DNA of 64,000 bases from assembly GCA_029258725.1 (NCBI GenBank), contig JAPDKE010000003.1, positions 22,538-86,537 on the forward strand, written 5' to 3'. Positions 1 to 10,000 of this stretch are shown here, in pieces; the first letter of the stretch is position 1; each line of letters opens with the position of its first letter. Under the pieces are notes generated by a model. The model was not told the origin of the DNA and did no database searches. It worked only from the letters and a program-made list of their open reading frames with translations. Position numbers and translations under genes: made by a program. Origin of the DNA: a bacterium. GTDB lineage: Bacteria; Hydrothermota; UBA3072; JAPDKE01.

Positions 1-262
1 GATAAAGGCTCCCATATTCACGGTTTTTTTGCTCCAGATATTTGTTGTGATGGTAACCTTCTTCTTTCCAACTCCCGGTGCATCAGGAGCAGCAGAGGGA
101 GCATTTCTTGCACTCTTTTCACGATTCTGTCCCTTTCACATGCTCGGGGTCTATACCCTTCTCTGGAGGTTCTTCACGTTTTACACGAGCACCATTGCAG
201 GAGGAATTGTAACCCTTAAACTCGTGGGAGTTAATGATGCAGGACATAAGAGGAAAGATTAG
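1..262 (+). CDS. C-terminal fragment of a UPF0104 / LPG-synthase-TM (flippase-like) family membrane protein; the 5' end lies upstream of the window
   Basis: The frame is open from position 2. The C-terminal motif PTPGASGAAEGAF...LLWRFFT is near-identical to the C-terminus of the next gene, so the two are tandem paralogs. The P-x-PGG-G-x-E motif is typical of the TIGR00374/PF03706 family. Confidence 0.5.
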   Translation, partial: IKAPIFTVFLLQIFVVMVTFFFPTPGASGAAEGAFLALFSRFCPFHMLGVYTLLWRFFTFYTSTIAGGIVTLKLVGVNDAGHKRKD

Positions 263-1205
263 AAGAGGTATAAGGATATTCCTCATAATCACCATACTCA
301 CCATGATGTTCATCATCTTCCGCTCAATAAGAAAGGAAACATTTGAGGCATTGAAGAAGATGTCTCCTTTATGGATGTTGATTTCTGTTGCCTGTGCGGG
401 TTTGAGGTATTACTTTGATATCTTCAGGATAAGGTGGATAGCAAGGGGACTTGGAAAGGACCTCTCATGGAATGGATGCGTGTATTTTCTTTTTGGAGGA
501 TACTTCCTGGGAGCAGTAACCCCATTCCAGTCAGGGGGTCTTCCTTTTCAGATATTCGTGATGAAGAGGGAGGGAATTGACTATGGAGAGGGACTTGCCC
601 TTATCTTCATGAGGGGAATTCTTTCTGGTATTATACTTCCATTTGTTCTCCCCATAATGTTCACACAAACAAGGGCAATGGAAACCACATTTTTCAGGGT
701 TCTCACCAGGTATCTTGTTGTTATCTACGGAGGGATATTTCTCCTGATGATTTTTTCCATATTCTTACCACAGGTAATAAAAAAGATATTCAGGGGGAAG
801 TTACTGAAAGGGGCAGAGGAGTTCAGGGATGCCTTCGTCAGGGAATACAGGAAAAGACCCGGGGCCCTCGGGCTTGCACTGCTTGGAACATTGTTAACCC
901 TCTTTTTCTATTTCCTTGGAACACCCACCTTACTCCGTGGTCTTGGGGTTGAGGTGAACTTTTTTAAAGGAATGGTGTATCAGATGATTTTAACCTATGC
1001 CCTGAACTTTGCACCTACTCCCGGAGCAAGTGGAATAGCGGAGATGGGAGGATTTAAACTCTTTTCCGAGATATGTCCCCAGGAACTGCTCGGTGTTTAT
1101 GTTCTTTTATGGAGGTTCTTCACCGGACACATCGGGGTTATCATCGGTGGGTTTACAATGCTGAAACTCATATCCGAATATGAAATGGAAGAAGGTAAAA
1201 AATGA
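234..1205 (+). CDS. UPF0104 / LPG-synthase-TM (flippase-like) family integral membrane protein
   Basis: 323-aa polytopic hydrophobic protein with the C-terminal PTPGASGIAEMGGF...LLWRFFTGH motif. It is a paralog of the upstream fragment. Confidence 0.55.
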   Translation: MMQDIRGKIRRGIRIFLIITILTMMFIIFRSIRKETFEALKKMSPLWMLISVACAGLRYYFDIFRIRWIARGLGKDLSWNGCVYFLFGGYFLGAVTPFQSGGLPFQIFVMKREGIDYGEGLALIFMRGILSGIILPFVLPIMFTQTRAMETTFFRVLTRYLVVIYGGIFLLMIFSIFLPQVIKKIFRGKLLKGAEEFRDAFVREYRKRPGALGLALLGTLLTLFFYFLGTPTLLRGLGVEVNFFKGMVYQMILTYALNFAPTPGASGIAEMGGFKLFSEICPQELLGVYVLLWRFFTGHIGVIIGGFTMLKLISEYEMEEGKK

Positions 1206-2286
1206 AGGACATTACCCGCCGGGTTTCCAGGACAGGAATTTTAAAACCCTGAAGTTTTATCCTGTCTGGTTTGATTCTCTTGGTGCAAAGAGCATGTGTG
1301 TGGAGGTTGAGACCCCGGATGTGAGAATTGTGATAGACCCGGGGATTGCGGCAATGCAGCCTGGATTTCCTGCGAGTAAGGAAGATAAAGAGAAGTGGAA
1401 GGAAGAGGGGAAAAGGAAAATCATTGAGGCGGTTGAGAGGGCGGATATTATCATCATTTCTCATTATCATCACGACCATTATCTTTACAGGGAATTTGAG
1501 GTTTACCGGGGAAAAATTCTTTTTGTGAAAAATCCAAATGAGTACATAAATGCATCGCAGAGAAAGAGAGCGGTTGAGTTTTTTGAGGGACTCTGGGAAA
1601 GGGTTTTGAAAAAGCCTTTGAAGCCTGATAAAAATCCCGGAAAGGAGTATCCCGACCCCATGAAGGAACTGAAACTCGCAAAAGAAAAAGACTTCGGGGA
1701 TTATGCAGAGAGAAAAAGAGAACTTATAAAAAAGGGAAGGGAATGGTTCAGGAAAAGGGTTGAGGAATGGAGGGAGTATAGATGGATACCTGAGGCGGAG
1801 GAGAAAGGATTGAAGGTATTCTTTCCCGAAGGGAGGACATTCACCTTCGGGGATACGGAAATTTATTTCACCTCCCCCCTCTTTCATGGAATTGAATTTT
1901 CAAGAGTGGGATGGATTTTTGCAACGGTGATAAAGTACAGAGGGAAAAAATTGCTGCATACAAGCGACATGAATGGTCCCATAATTGAGGACCACGCAGC
2001 CTGGATAATAAAGGAAAACCCAGATATTCTTGTTCTTGATGGTCCAATGACCTACATGTTTGGATACATGCTAAACAGGATAAATCTAAAAAGGGCTGTG
2101 GAGAATGCATTGAGGATTTTAAGGGAAACCACAACTCCCTGCATAATCTATGACCATCACCTTCCAAGGGAGAAAAGATACATGGAGAGGACAAAAGAGG
2201 TATGGGAAGAGGGAAAGGGAAGAGTTATGACCGCTGCAGAATACCTGGGGAAAAAACCGAAGGTGATGGAGGTAACAGAAAATTAA
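1180..2286 (+). CDS. MBL-fold metallo-hydrolase
   Basis: The HYHHDHY (HxHxDH) metal-binding motif follows an IVIDPGI strand. Size and layout fit a metallo-beta-lactamase-fold hydrolase. The start codon is not certain. Confidence 0.5.
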   Translation: MKWKKVKNEGHYPPGFQDRNFKTLKFYPVWFDSLGAKSMCVEVETPDVRIVIDPGIAAMQPGFPASKEDKEKWKEEGKRKIIEAVERADIIIISHYHHDHYLYREFEVYRGKILFVKNPNEYINASQRKRAVEFFEGLWERVLKKPLKPDKNPGKEYPDPMKELKLAKEKDFGDYAERKRELIKKGREWFRKRVEEWREYRWIPEAEEKGLKVFFPEGRTFTFGDTEIYFTSPLFHGIEFSRVGWIFATVIKYRGKKLLHTSDMNGPIIEDHAAWIIKENPDILVLDGPMTYMFGYMLNRINLKRAVENALRILRETTTPCIIYDHHLPREKRYMERTKEVWEEGKGRVMTAAEYLGKKPKVMEVTEN

Positions 2287-2499
2287 CTGTAATCTTAGTC
2301 TTGAGGGATCCACTACAGAAATTCCTCTCTTTGTCCTCCTTCTAATAGCACAGGTTACCTCAACAAGCACAAGAGAAGGTGAATACACCTTAAGCTTATT
2401 TTCAAGTATTTTTTCAAACACACGACGACATAGGGAATGAAATATATCTTTCGGGTCAAGAGCACTAACAAAAACATTGCTATCCACGACCAGTCTCAT
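2119..2499 (-). CDS. PIN-domain (VapC-like) toxin, possibly truncated or degenerate
   Basis: The N-terminus MRLVVDSNVFVSAL plus LVLVEVTCAIRRR gives the first two PIN acidic positions. The last ~55 codons run antisense through the 3' end of the MBL gene and are low-complexity, with no later PIN Asp residues. It overlaps the upstream antitoxin-like ORF by 4 nt. Confidence 0.45.
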   Translation of the reverse strand: MRLVVDSNVFVSALDPKDIFHSLCRRVFEKILENKLKVYSPSLVLVEVTCAIRRRTKRGISVVDPSRLRLQLIFCYLHHLRFFPQVFCSGHNSSLSLFPYLFCPLHVSFLPWKVMVIDYAGSCGFP

Positions 2500-2720
2500 T
2501 CTCTCCTCATTCTTCTTATATCTTCCACACTATTTCCTCCACAGGAATATTTTCCTATGTTTTTTATTATTTTTTCAAACACCATCTTTAAATCTTCCGT
2601 TTCTCCGCTCTCTCCGTTTTCCATCACTTCAAGCGAAGCAAGTTCGCTTTTCTTCACATATAACTCACGTTCTATCTTCTTTATTTCTTCTATCAATGCC
2701 ATTTTTCTATCCTTAACCAT
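2496..2720 (-). CDS. small acidic coiled-coil protein, putative antitoxin partner of the PIN protein
   Basis: 74-aa ORF (MVKDRKMALIEEIKK...) with a GGAGGTG ribosome-binding site 4 nt upstream. Its stop overlaps the PIN start (ATGA-type coupling). The family was not recognised. Confidence 0.35.
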   Translation of the reverse strand: MVKDRKMALIEEIKKIERELYVKKSELASLEVMENGESGETEDLKMVFEKIIKNIGKYSCGGNSVEDIRRMRRE

Positions 2721-2771
2721 CCTCACCTCCTTTTCGTTTCTCAATATATATTACAAATCTCTCCTTTTTTC

Positions 2772-3167
2772 TCAACCCCACACCCTCACAATCACCCTTC
2801 TTCTTCTCGGGCCATCAAACTCGCAGAAGAAAATGCCCTGCCAGGTTCCAAGCATTAACCTTCCGCCCGAAACAGGTATCGTAACACTCTGCCCAACAAG
2901 AACCGACTTTATATGAGCATCTGCATTCCCCTCAAGGTGTGAATAGTTTGCATGATAGGGAACAAGTTTTGCAAGGATTGTTATAATATCCTTCTTCACC
3001 GATGGGTCCGCATTTTCATTTATTGTAACCCCTGCCGTGGTGTGGGGAACATAAACAAGGCATGTTCCCTCCTCAACCCCGCTCTCATCAACAACCCGCT
3101 GAACCTCGGCGGTTATGTCCCTGAACTCCTCCCTCCTTCTTGTCTCTATACTTATCTCCCTTATCAT
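2772..3167 (-). CDS. yjbQ: YjbQ/UPF0047 family protein (secondary thiamine-phosphate synthase-like)
   Basis: 131 aa with the characteristic VPHTTAGVTINENADP...GTWQGI motifs. Confidence 0.8.
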   Translation of the reverse strand: MIREISIETRRREEFRDITAEVQRVVDESGVEEGTCLVYVPHTTAGVTINENADPSVKKDIITILAKLVPYHANYSHLEGNADAHIKSVLVGQSVTIPVSGGRLMLGTWQGIFFCEFDGPRRRRVIVRVWG

Positions 3168-5206
3168 TCCACCACCTTTGAAAGGTCTCCAACCTTAAGA
3201 AAGAGACTCCTTACATAATGAAGCAGATTGAGCCTGTTCTCTCTCAAACCCTCATCCTCACACATCACAAGAACATCGTCAAAGAATTTATCTATATGTG
3301 GCTTGAGAGAAAGCAATATCTCAAGTGCCCTTTTATAATCATGTGCCTTAACCGCGTTTAACAACTCAGGTTCGCATTCCCTCGCACGCTCGTAAAGAAC
3401 CCGCTCCATCTCCTCCTTAAAGAGTTCCGGTTTTACCTCTCCTCTCTCCCCCACCCCCTTCAAAATATTTGCAACCCTTTTCTGTCCTATAATGAGTTCC
3501 GTAAAATCGGGTGTTCCCATCATTTCCCTCAATGCATCCACCTTCTTCTTCGCCTCAACGGGGTCATCATAGTAAACCGAAACAACGGCATCCACAACAT
3601 CGTATCTTATTCCCCTCTCCTCAAGATATCGCTCAAGACGCTGCTGCATGAAGGAGAGAACAGAGGGAAGCAGCTCCTCCTTTCCAAATAGGGAAAGGGT
3701 AAATTTGAATATTTCCTCAAGGGAGAGATGGATTTCCTTTCCAAAGAGAATGTCGTAAAGTGTGTTTGCAGCCCTTCTTATTCCCAGAGGGTCCTTTGAA
3801 CCTGTTGGAACAGCATCAACAACAAAGGCTCCTGCAATGAGCTCCAGCCTTTCTGCAATGGCAACCACGACTGATTCAGGACTTTCGGGCAATTTATCTC
3901 CTGAAAACCTGGGAAGGTAGTGTTCATAAATTATTCTTGCAACATCAGGGGGATATCCCTGATTTTTTGCATACTCTGCACCTATGAGTCCTTCAAGGGA
4001 GGTGAACTCCTTTCCATCCCTTATCATGGATGAAACCAAATCAACCTTGCAGAGCATAACCCCTTCCTCTATTACCTCCCTCTTTCCCATCCCCAGTATA
4101 TCATGCAACCTGAGGGAAATTTTCTCAAGCCTCTTTACTCTGTCCTCAAGCGTCCCGAGCCCCTCCTGCCAAACAACCCCCGAAAGTTCCTTTATTCTTT
4201 CCTTCAATGGAATCCTTAAATCCTCCTCCCAGTAAAACCTCGCATCCTCAAGACGCGCCTTCAATACCCTTTCATTTCCCTTAACAATCTCCTCCGATGG
4301 CTCGGTATCAATCACTGCAAGAAAAACAGGCAGAAGTTCTCCATTCCTTTCCACTGCAAAATACCTCTGATGCGCCTTCATTGCAGTAATCACAACATCG
4401 GAAGGCAGGGATAGAAACTCCCCATCAAACCTTCCCTTTATAACCTTTGGATACTCCACCATGCACGCAACCTCATTGAGCAGTTCCTCATCCTCCCTCA
4501 CCCTTCCCCCTTCTTCCTCTGCAAGTCTTTTCATCTCCTCAAGAATTATTTTCTTTCTCTTCTCAAAATCAGGAATAACCCTCTCCTGCTCAAGCATCTT
4601 CTCATAATTTTCAGGAGTAACCTCAACCTCCTTCCCCAGAAACCTGTGTCCCCTTGATTTATTCCCCGCCTTCACCCCCGCAACCTCAACAGGTATGACC
4701 TCTTCTCCAAAAATAACTACCAACCACCTTATTGGTCTTGCAAACTCAAATCCGGAGGTCTCCCATCTCATTCTTTTCGGGAATGGAATGGACCTCAGGA
4801 TTGAGGGAAGATTTTTCCTTATTATCTCACCCGCAGGTTCCCCTTCTATTTTCTTCTTTACAAAAACAAACCTTCCCTTTTCCGTCTCCTTCACATAAAC
4901 TTCCTCGGGAGAAACACCCTGGGATTTGCAGAATCCAAGCAGTGCCTGAGTGGGTTCACCGTCTTTATATGCAATTTTCTCCGGAGGTCCCTTTACCTCC
5001 TCTTTCCTGTCCGGCTCCCGCTCCTCAAGTTCCTCCACCCCAAGTGCAATCCTTCTGGGAGTAAAGTAGAGTTTCACCTCCCCATGGGAAAGATTTCTTT
5101 CCCGGAAAAGGGAAAGCATGGAGTTTTTAAACCCCTCTGCAGCCTCTTTAAGATAGGTTGCGGGTATCTCTTCTGTTCCTATCTCTATTAGGAGCCCTCG
5201 AGCCAT
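3164..5206 (-). CDS. glyS: glycyl-tRNA synthetase beta subunit
   Basis: 680 aa; the N-terminus [12 protein letters not shown] and overall GlyS architecture are recognised. It overlaps glyQ by 19 nt. Confidence 0.9.
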   Translation of the reverse strand: MARGLLIEIGTEEIPATYLKEAAEGFKNSMLSLFRERNLSHGEVKLYFTPRRIALGVEELEEREPDRKEEVKGPPEKIAYKDGEPTQALLGFCKSQGVSPEEVYVKETEKGRFVFVKKKIEGEPAGEIIRKNLPSILRSIPFPKRMRWETSGFEFARPIRWLVVIFGEEVIPVEVAGVKAGNKSRGHRFLGKEVEVTPENYEKMLEQERVIPDFEKRKKIILEEMKRLAEEEGGRVREDEELLNEVACMVEYPKVIKGRFDGEFLSLPSDVVITAMKAHQRYFAVERNGELLPVFLAVIDTEPSEEIVKGNERVLKARLEDARFYWEEDLRIPLKERIKELSGVVWQEGLGTLEDRVKRLEKISLRLHDILGMGKREVIEEGVMLCKVDLVSSMIRDGKEFTSLEGLIGAEYAKNQGYPPDVARIIYEHYLPRFSGDKLPESPESVVVAIAERLELIAGAFVVDAVPTGSKDPLGIRRAANTLYDILFGKEIHLSLEEIFKFTLSLFGKEELLPSVLSFMQQRLERYLEERGIRYDVVDAVVSVYYDDPVEAKKKVDALREMMGTPDFTELIIGQKRVANILKGVGERGEVKPELFKEEMERVLYERARECEPELLNAVKAHDYKRALEILLSLKPHIDKFFDDVLVMCEDEGLRENRLNLLHYVRSLFLKVGDLSKVVE

Positions 5207-6027
5207 ACCTTTGCCACCTTTCTTGCAAGCCTTCTTATCCTGAGTATATAGTTCTGCCTCTCCTTTGGACTTATTGCCCTTCTTGCGTCAAGCAGATTAA
5301 AGGTATGGGATGCCTTTATAACCATGTCATAAGCAGGGAAGACAAGTCCTTTTTCAAGCAACCTCATGCATTCCCTTTCACACTGTTCAAAGTATTTTAA
5401 AAGGAACTCTGTATCCGCCTCCTCAAAGTTGTAAACGGAGAATTCATACTCATACCTTTTGAAAATATCTCCCCAGGTAACATTCTCCGACCACTTTATA
5501 TCAAAAACATTATCAACCCCCTGAAGGAACATTGCTATTCTCTCAAGCCCGTAGGTTATCTCAAGGGAAATCGGGTTCAGATCAAATCCTCCTGTCTGCT
5601 GGAAGTACGTAAACTGGGTTATTTCCATTCCATCAAGCCATACCTCCCATCCCAGACCCCATGCACCAAGGGTTGGTGACTCCCAGTCATCGTGAACAAA
5701 TCTTATGTCATGCTTTTCAGGATTTATTCCTATGTATCTTAAAGAATCAAGATAGATTTCCTGGGAGTCAGGGGGAGCGGGCTTTATTATTACCTGATAC
5801 TGATGGAACTGCTGGAGTCTGTTGGGATTCTCAGCATACCTTCCATCCTTCGGTCTTTTGGAAATCTCCACATACGCAACCCTCCAGGGACGCTCTCCAA
5901 GAACCATGAGGAAGGTTGCGGGATTAAATGTCCCTGCCCCCACCTCTCCAGGATAGGGGTTGAATATAACACATCCCTTCTTTTTCCAGTATTCGTGAAG
6001 TTTCAAAACAAGTTCCTGAAATGTCAC
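5188..6027 (-). CDS. glyQ: glycyl-tRNA synthetase alpha subunit
   Basis: The N-terminus [18 protein letters not shown] aligns with E. coli GlyQ TFQGLILTLQDYWARQGC. It uses a GTG start. Confidence 0.9.
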   Translation of the reverse strand: MTFQELVLKLHEYWKKKGCVIFNPYPGEVGAGTFNPATFLMVLGERPWRVAYVEISKRPKDGRYAENPNRLQQFHQYQVIIKPAPPDSQEIYLDSLRYIGINPEKHDIRFVHDDWESPTLGAWGLGWEVWLDGMEITQFTYFQQTGGFDLNPISLEITYGLERIAMFLQGVDNVFDIKWSENVTWGDIFKRYEYEFSVYNFEEADTEFLLKYFEQCERECMRLLEKGLVFPAYDMVIKASHTFNLLDARRAISPKERQNYILRIRRLARKVAKVWLEGS

Positions 6028-6060
6028 GGTTTTAAGTTAAAAAAAAGGGAGGGAAATGTC

Positions 6061-6088
6061 AAGAAAAAAGGGGGGCTCCGCGCCCCCC
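6061..6088 (-). terminator. Rho-independent terminator after the beta-barrel gene
   Basis: GC hairpin GGGGGGC-TCCGC-GCCCCCC. On the minus strand it is followed by a T-run (the complement of aagaaaaaa) just past the stop at 6096. Confidence 0.5.
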
Positions 6089-6095
6089 TTTATTT

Positions 6096-6998
6096 TTACA
6101 TCCTCATCGTGAGAGAGGTGCGCATCATCCGCCCTATTCCGTTTTCGTTCTCGCCGAGATTGTAGGAGAAGTCAAAGATGAAGTTCCGGTATCCGAAGGT
6201 AAATCCAAAGGAGAACTTTTCAAGGTCGGAGTATCCAAGCCTCAGACCAAACATGTCAAGAGGAGCATATTCAATCCCTGTGTACCAGTGCAGCACTCCT
6301 TCCTTCCACCCTTCCTCAGTCTCCTTAATAGCCCACGGTCTCCACTCGGCATCAAAGGAGAGGGCAACCCTGTATCCATAAAACTCCTTAACCACCCTAA
6401 CCTTATCTCCTCTCACCACCCTTTTGACCTTCACCTTTGGAAGGAGCAGGAATGCAAACCCACCCCGATAAAAGGTGGGATAGTATTCATCTCCAGAGGA
6501 TGAAAGGACGTTTCTCGTCATCACACCAAACGCAATGGGTCTCCTTCTGTAGGCAAATCCAAGGTCAAAGCCAATTCCTCCAGCACTCCCATCAAAGGTT
6601 GAGAAAAGATACCTGTGCAGAACCGCTCCAACTCCTATATATCTTCCTATCTTTCCTGCAAACGCAATGGAAAACATGTTGTCGGATGCTGCAGCCTCAT
6701 TTATCAAATCATAGTCGTCCCCACTTTCAAACTTCGTTCCTGTCCTTATCCATCCACCTCCAAACCTCATATTCCTTCTTCCCGTAAGAAAGGCAAGGGC
6801 AGCAATGTTGAGATTGGGAACATCCATGTAGGACTGGTAGTAAAACATGCATCCGGTATTTCCAAACACCATCGCTCCAGGATTCCAGTAGTAGGAAAAG
6901 GCGTTATCTGCTATCGCTGTGAATGCTCCTCCCATCCCGCATGCCCTTGCATCTATGGGCTGATAAACAGGATATGCTAAAAGTATTGCCACAAACAT
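6096..6998 (-). CDS. outer-membrane beta-barrel protein, PorV/PorQ/UPF0164-like or PorP/SprF-like, immediately downstream of the T9SS cargo gene
   Basis: The start was refined to MFVAILLAYPV (signal peptide) with an AAGGGAGGG ribosome-binding site upstream. N-terminal motif ACGMGGAFTAIADNAFSYYWNPGAM. The protein is aromatic-rich with alternating beta-strand pattern. It lies 12 nt downstream of the giant gene. Confidence 0.5.
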   Translation of the reverse strand: MFVAILLAYPVYQPIDARACGMGGAFTAIADNAFSYYWNPGAMVFGNTGCMFYYQSYMDVPNLNIAALAFLTGRRNMRFGGGWIRTGTKFESGDDYDLINEAAASDNMFSIAFAGKIGRYIGVGAVLHRYLFSTFDGSAGGIGFDLGFAYRRRPIAFGVMTRNVLSSSGDEYYPTFYRGGFAFLLLPKVKVKRVVRGDKVRVVKEFYGYRVALSFDAEWRPWAIKETEEGWKEGVLHWYTGIEYAPLDMFGLRLGYSDLEKFSFGFTFGYRNFIFDFSYNLGENENGIGRMMRTSLTMRM

Positions 6999-7009
6999 TT
7001 TTCCCTCCC

Positions 7010-10000
7010 TTATTTTATAACACCGAGTGTTCCCCTGTATACCTCGGTTATATCTCCATGGGTATAGTCTATTCTGTATATGTATATTCCACTCCCCAGG
7101 AACCTTCCCGTCTGGCTTCTTCCATCCCACTTTATCGTGTGTTCACCCCTGGATATGCTCATATCCTTAACCAGTATCGCAACCAGGTCTCCTGCAAGGT
7201 CGTAAATTCTTACAGTGATTGTTCCATCCGAGGGAGCAAAGAATACAAGGCTCGTTCCATCGCCAAGTTTCAGGGGATTGCGGGTGAAGAAGTAACTCAT
7301 GCTGTCTCTTGAGGCAACGGCTCCAAGGTCTCTTCTGTCAACACCCAGGTCAAACAGGGTGAAGTGGTTGACCGTGAACATCACCCGGTTTGCCTCCGTT
7401 TCAATATTCGCATCTCCAACCCTGAGCCACCTTGTGCCATCATAGTAGAACGGGACCAGGGAGTCCTCGGGAAGGTCGGGGATACCATCCTGGTTCTTAT
7501 CCAGGTCAAGATGGGTGTAGGGAAGAACAATGGTGACAGGCTTCCTGAATACAAGCCCCTCAGGTCCAAAGAGATGTGCGGTCCCTATGAGTTCTATATC
7601 TCCATTCACGGGAGGTGCATCCCATACCTTCTTTATCGTTATCATCACCCTCTCATTCAGTGCCCCCTCTGGAATTTCAACCCTGGTTCCATCGGCAAGT
7701 TCAACCGTTCCTCCCTCAGGTCCAACGAGTTCTGTCACCTCAGGAACAACATAGGTGAGTGTGCAGGTATGGGTCGTTGTATTCTCAACCTTATCCTGGA
7801 ATTCAAACGTGAGGATGTTCACACCTTCCTCAAGTGTGATCCTGAAGGAGAAGGCTGTATCTCCAGAAACCTCGTAATTTCCAGTATTTACGAGTTCTCC
7901 ATCTTCATTTGTAATTTTCATCTTTACAGTTCCAACACCTGAGAGATTATCGTGCACCCATCCCTTGACAATAACATCCGGTCTGTAAATCTCACCATTT
8001 AGTGTATCTCCCTTCTCAGGCAGGGGCATTATTTCAAGCGAGAATGCCGGGATGGTGTTGTCCACTCCAACTGTGATTGTGTCTGTTCCTATGAGAAGCC
8101 CGGTGCGGTTGTATGCAAAAGCAAGAACCTTCCAGTCTCCTCTATCCTCAAAGTCCTCTGTATTCCATATCCATGTAAATCCATCCTCACGGATTGAATC
8201 AACTCCGAGTGCATGCAGGATTGTATCATAAACCATGAACTCAACCTCATAGGTTCCCTCAGGAGCAACAACCTCAAGCAACACATCGCCTTTATAGATA
8301 GTGTTTACCTCAGGATACACGAATGTCACGGGAAGCATGTTGTTCAGAGCAACATGATAGGAGTAATCCGTGGTTGTGTTTCCTGCATCGTCTGTAGCGG
8401 TTATCGGAATCACAATGGAATCAGAGTTGGGGAGGTTGTTATCCTCGCTTATCTGGTAAACAATGGTATAGGTTGAGTCTCCATTGTTAGTTACCTGTTC
8501 ACTTCCGGCGACATAGTTTGCATCTATTCCAGAAAAGTCTGCCTTTATTGTGTAATCAGCGCCATCCCACCGTGTGATTATTGTTATCCGATCCCCATTT
8601 CTGTATATCCCGGTTTCATTATCGGGTCTTGTGGAGGAGATAAACACAGGGGCAGTATTGTCAACCAGCACTGTTCCCGTGATACTTCCGGTATTTGGAG
8701 CAGGGTCGGATGCATAAACAGTGAAGGAAACATCTCCAGTTGCACCACCAGTATTTACCGCAATCTCAACCTCGTAAACGTTATCACCATTTGCATCTGT
8801 GAGTGCAAAGATTCCTCCAAGTGCTGTCGCATCAACCCATACAGTATCAACTCTCGTTGTTCTATCCCTCACCTCAACCTTTATCTTCACCTGGTCTCCA
8901 TCCTTCACGGAGTACTGTCCATCAGGATAAACAACCTCAAGATTCACAAACTCAGGGGGCTCCCTATCAACTATGAACTCAAATGACCTGTACGCACCCC
9001 ACACACCGGCAGTATCCAGAGCATGTACATAAATCCTGTGAACCCCATCCGTGAGGGAAGATATGTCAAGATATCCTTTCGCAACAGCCGATGTCCCGGC
9101 ATAAGGAGCAACCGTCATGGAAATACCATCGCCATCATAACCGGTATTGTCCACAAAGAATTCAGCACCCACAACTCCCCTGTCGTCCGAAACCTCAGCA
9201 TAAACCGTATCATTCACATTGATGATATAGTCATGCAGATAATCCACAAGAAGTGTAAGACTGTCAACCACAGGACCGGAATTGTCCAGGGTTACATAAA
9301 CTGTATCAAATGCACCGTTTCCAACCGCATCATACACACTCACATAAAGAGGATATGCACCATCAGCAACCTCATTATCCTCCGAGATGGTATAACTCAC
9401 TCTATAAACACCAGAGCCAGAATCCGCCACAGTCTCAGAGCCAGAAATATATCTGTCATCAACCTGCGAAAAGTCCACATGCACATCATACCCTGATGCA
9501 TCAGCAACCACCCTCACCAGAACATTCTCACCATCCCTGAGAATGGAATCGGGTAAAACCTCAACAGAGGTTATAACAGGTAAAGTATTGTCCACCGTGA
9601 CACTGCCAGAGACAGAATCCTCATTAGGCACAATATCAACTGCATAAACCGTAAACGTAAAATCACCACTTCCACCGGCATTCACCACAAACTCAACCTC
9701 ATACACGTGGTCTCCGTCAGGGTCTTCGAGTCTCAGAACTCCTGCACCGAGAGCAGAAAAGTCTCCCCATACAGAATCAACTCCTGCATACTCATCTTCC
9801 ACCATAACTTTCACCTTTACTGGCTGCCCATCCCTTACAGCAGACTGAGCATCAGGATAAACAACCTCAAGAGCACTGAGAACAGGTGGGGTCCTGTCAA
9901 CCAGGAACTGTAAGGAAGACATGGGACCCCATACACCTGCCGTATCCTTTCCATGAACATAAACCTTGTGATATCCATCCTCAAGAGAAGAGATATCCAG

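Noticed and set aside
1168-1887. 239-aa minus-strand ORF
   Set aside because: It is entirely antisense to the MBL-hydrolase gene, low-complexity (P/F/L-rich), and has no start context. It is a shadow ORF.
2437-2916. 159-aa and 79-aa plus-strand ORFs
   Set aside because: They are antisense to the vapBC-like pair and yjbQ, and Ser/Leu/Phe-rich low-complexity. They are shadow ORFs.
6047-6103. 18-codon plus-strand ORF with GGGAGGG-ATG context
   Set aside because: The apparent ribosome-binding site is the complement of the C-rich arm region next to the glyQ start, and the peptide runs through the terminator hairpin. It is too short and unconserved to call.
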